A stretch of 64,000 nt of DNA, from NCBI GenBank assembly GCA_039096225.1, contig JBBPEB010000030.1, positions 496,001 to 560,000 on the forward strand, written 5' to 3'. The position numbers and the translations under genes were made by a program. Source of the DNA: Blastocystis sp. Blastoise (Eukaryota; Protista; Bigyra: Opalinata). Positions 60,273 to 64,000 of the stretch are shown piece by piece. The number at the start of each line of letters is the position of its first letter. Positions within the stretch are counted from its first letter, which is position 1. Under the pieces are notes generated by a model. That model was given only the letters and a program-made list of their open reading frames with translations, searched no databases and was not told the DNA's origin.

Positions 60273-61352
60273 ACATACCTAATAGAAAAAAATGAATTTG
60301 GTGATGTTGAGTCATAGGGAAAGATAACCAACAGAAACAGTAGAAAACAACCTAAATAAATAAATAATAATAAATAAAAATATAAAAATAATGAAAATAA
60401 ATAATAAAATGAATTAGAATTCTAATTCAAGAAAAAAAAAAGAAAGTTAATAATAGATAGAATGAATATACGATAAGTATTTTATCATATAATATTACAG
60501 CAATATAAAAAATAAAAAGATAAGAGATAATTATAAAAATAAATAAATACATATATACTTTGAAAACAGTTTGACATCATAGACGTTGTTGACATGGACT
60601 GAAGAGGACTCTTATAACCACGGACGAGCAGGAACCTATACATGCTAGAGAATGGGAGAATGTTAATATGGGTAAAGAATAAAAAATAGCAATATACATA
60701 CAAGGGAACAGTCTGAAGTTAAAATGAGCTTCTATTTTTAAAAATAAAGGCAAATAAAAATAGAATAAAAATAAAAAAAATATGTAACAAATGAAATATT
60801 TTCTAAGTCAATAGGCTCAATAGCGTATGGGTGTCTTCAGGTCTTAAAAGAAAAATCATTTTTGCGGGAATATCAAGAAATTCAAAAAAGTATATTTTCC
60901 CTCCTTTTTTCGCTGTCACTTTTTTTTAATATTTTTGACTTTATAGTATTAAAATCGATTCTTACAGGCATGTATAGACACTTTATACCACTTTTGAAAC
61001 TAAAAATCAAATATTCAAAAATGAGTGAAAATCACAACAAGCAAGAAAAACAATTTTGTAAGCTGAGTATGTTGTGTATAAGTATGTCTAACAACAGAGA
61101 TGATAAAAACGCACAACTCCTCTTGGTTTAGGACATAATTATGAATTCTCTTAAAAAAGCTATTTTAAACCTTAAAACGATACCCTGAACTATAAATCAA
61201 GTCCTGAATGATATTCTAAAGTCATATTTTTAAAAACAGGTTTATTGACGATAATCAATAAACAAAAACAAGAGCTTCTGTTTTACTTTTCTTTTTTGAA
61301 TTTTTAATTGTTTTGACTTTCTAGGGTAGTTGGCTAAAAGAATGCTGTCGTC

Positions 61353-61825
61353 TTTAGGCTAAAAAATTATGAATAAAAAAGTCAAGTCATTTTATTGTTT
61401 TTTCCTTGGGAAATCAAAAAGAAGAAATTTTTAGGTGTGTGTTGATTTAGGCTGTATAATGGTTTATATTGTAAAAGGACTTGACGAGAATGATTGAAAT
61501 GATAATATATCACTCAGAGAATACACAAATTTTAAAAACTTCTCACTCATGTAATCCATTCCTGAATTATAGACTTCAGAGAAAAAATTAAAGTCTTTTT
61601 GGTTTTAAACAGTCATTTTAAATCATAAAACACTGTAAAATAGTCAATATTTAGAATGTCTATGATTATATAAATAAACAATATATTTTGTAGAGTTATT
61701 TTTAAGTTTTTCTCGTCAAAAAGAGAGAAACTTGACAAGTTGGCGGACACTCTTTTCTCGAGTTTAGGCCAACGTATTTTTGATTAAAAAATCCCAGTCA
61801 TTTTGTTGTTTCTCTTACGGGAAAT
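61353..61825. repeat. Right subterminal imperfect direct repeat pair (61353-61414 and 61763-61825)
   Basis: TTTAGGC...AAAAA...AGTCATTTT(A/G)TTGTTT..CTT..GGGAAAT occurs twice. Confidence 0.6.
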
Positions 61826-62096
61826 AGGGTCAAAAAAACACAAAATGTCCATAGTGTAACTCCGAAGGTGATTAGTAAACTTCTAATTAGTCTCTATTTA
61901 TACAGAGCATACACTTTATCTCGTCTTAGTAATATTTTTTTATTGTTTAAGGAGATTGTTTTAATTACAAATTGTTAAAATATCACTGTATTAATAAAAT
62001 ACAATAATAAATAGAATTATAGAGTTAAGTAAAGTATTCCTAAAACATAATTAAAAAGAAAATGAAAAATTATTAAAATAAAAAAAAAAAATAGAT

Positions 62097-64000
62097 TTAT
62101 TTTTTGTTTTTCTTGATAGGTTTTAAGGGTATTTTCTTTGGACGTGAGTTATAGTTATTATTATCGGAAGGAAAAGATCGTTTTATAGTAGGTTTAGGTT
62201 TAATTGTTTCTTGTTGTTTGTCTGAAATAGGCATAGAATGAATATCATTTGAATGATCTGTTTCTTCTTTTTCTTCATTTTCATCTTCTTTCATAGCCTA
62301 TATTTTGAAATAAAATTAATATATAATTAAATTAATATATAATAAAATTAATAAATAATAAAATTAATATATAATAAAATAAATATATAATAATAATACC
62401 ATTTTATTTTCTTCCCATGATTGGAATTCTCTTAGAATTCGTTGTTCTTCTGCTACTTGATGTAGAATGGGTGGAATCTTTTGATCTGATAGTGAATAAG
62501 AATGATTGAATAAAAAGAATAATAAATAAAAAGAATAATGAATAAAAAGAATAATAAATAAAAAGAATAATAAATAAAAAGAATAATAAATAAAAAGAAT
62601 AATAAATAAAAATAAATAAATCTATATATATATACTAGATGCTTTGAGTAATAATTCAAGGTCAGGAACGAGAGCAAAGAATCGACCTGTGAGAAAGGAT
62701 CGACTATATCCCACAATACCTTTTCGACCTGTACGACCTATACGATGAACATAGGTTCCTAGATTACTAGGGAAGTCATAGTTAAGAACATAATTTAAGT
62801 TTGGGATATCCATTCCTCTTCCTAAGACATCCGTAGTAACAAGAATCTGAATAGCACCAGAACGAAACTTTTGAAGAAGGATTGTACGAATTTCTTGAGA
62901 AAGTTGACCATGTAGAATAGCGACATTTAAGGGCTTAGGAGGACGTTTGGATTCTGTAGTATTTTGTTCTTTATGTTTTAAATATGGATTTCCTTCATCC
63001 CATTTATCATGAATAAATTGATAGACTTCTCTTGCATTACGAATTGTATTTACAAATATACATATTAAAGATCTCTGACGTTTTCCATTCTTCTTATCTT
63101 CTTCTAATACATACTATAGAAGAAGAAGAAGAATATATTTATATAATATATAATATATAAATAAAATAAATAAAATAATAATAAATAAAATAATAAATAA
63201 AATAAAATAATAAATAAAACAAACTCGAATGAAATCCATAAGTTTTCGTTGTTTCTTGTGTTCAGCACAAATATGTACGTCTTGAATAATATTATTACAA
63301 ATAGAGATCTCTGTATTTCTTGAAGAGAGAAGAGAAGGAGGAGAAATAGATATAAGAATAGGACTCTTTGAAGTCATCCAACGACTAGTCAACTCTTTTA
63401 TCTATATATATATATAATAATTATTATTATCATTATATATATACATTCTCTTGATAAGTAGCACTAAATAATAAACATTGAATATCTATAGAAAGAAAGA
63501 AATAATTATCAATATAAAATACTATATATATATACTCTTCTTCTTCTTCTCCTCTTCTGTATCTATTGGATATAAATATGTATATATCGTTTGTAATTGA
63601 TCTTTAAAACCCATATCCAGCATTTTATCTGCTTCATCAAATATTATTGTATGAATAGAATCACAATTCACTTTCTTATTCTCCAATAAATCAACTAATC
63701 TTCCTGGAGTAGCTATTAATATATTACATTTCGATTCTAATAATGATTTTAATTGATTATCCTTTCCTACACCTCCTGTAACTAAACTCGAATTAATATT
63801 AAATATCTTTTGAATCTTCAAACATAAATTATATATCTATATATTTAATAATAATAAATAAATAAAACATATAAATAACTATATAATAAATAAATAAAAC
63901 ATATAAATAACTATATAATAAATAAATAAAACATATAAATAACTATATAATAAATAAATAAAACATATATTTATAAAATACTTGTTGAGCTAATTCTCTT
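62097..64000 (-). CDS. DEAD-box RNA helicase (3' part; 5' end outside the window)
   Basis: IATPGRL, FDEADKMLDMGF, FSAT, LHGQLSQEIR, TTDVLGRGMDIP and YVHRIGRTGRKG. Confidence 0.95.

Noticed and set aside
60862-61131. ORF near the right TIR as a transposase remnant
   Set aside because: Short, TTG start, no CACTA transposase motifs recognised.

Overview
Very AT-rich, intron-rich eukaryotic DNA. By inference it is a gut-dwelling stramenopile such as a Blastocystis/Opalinata lineage; this cannot be proven from the window. I reconstructed 16 protein-coding genes by hand from GT-AG exon phasing: a partial secreted/surface protein, class I HDAC, a large putative membrane-tethered DNA-binding protein, a GH35 beta-galactosidase-like protein lacking its acid/base Glu, DUF1764, mitochondrial Grx5, a 2-TM Cys-rich protein, GH99 endomannosidase, a tetraspanin, long-chain acyl-CoA synthetase, REV3 (Pol zeta), an intronless bacterial-type NhaC transporter, ELOVL, two tandem GH29 fucosidases and a partial DEAD-box helicase. 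The main hidden structure is an 8.8-kb element (53021-61856) with perfect 15-bp CACTA terminal inverted repeats and a 3-bp TAA target-site duplication. It has no visible transposase and carries subterminal repeats, apparently spliced exons with little coding potential, a ~3.8-kb purine-skewed tract and an atypical tRNA-like fold. Other highlights are an AT-AC minor (U12-type) intron in the tetraspanin and a recurring GC-core quasi-palindrome in coding exons. Most ORF-track entries are artefacts of intronic microsatellites.
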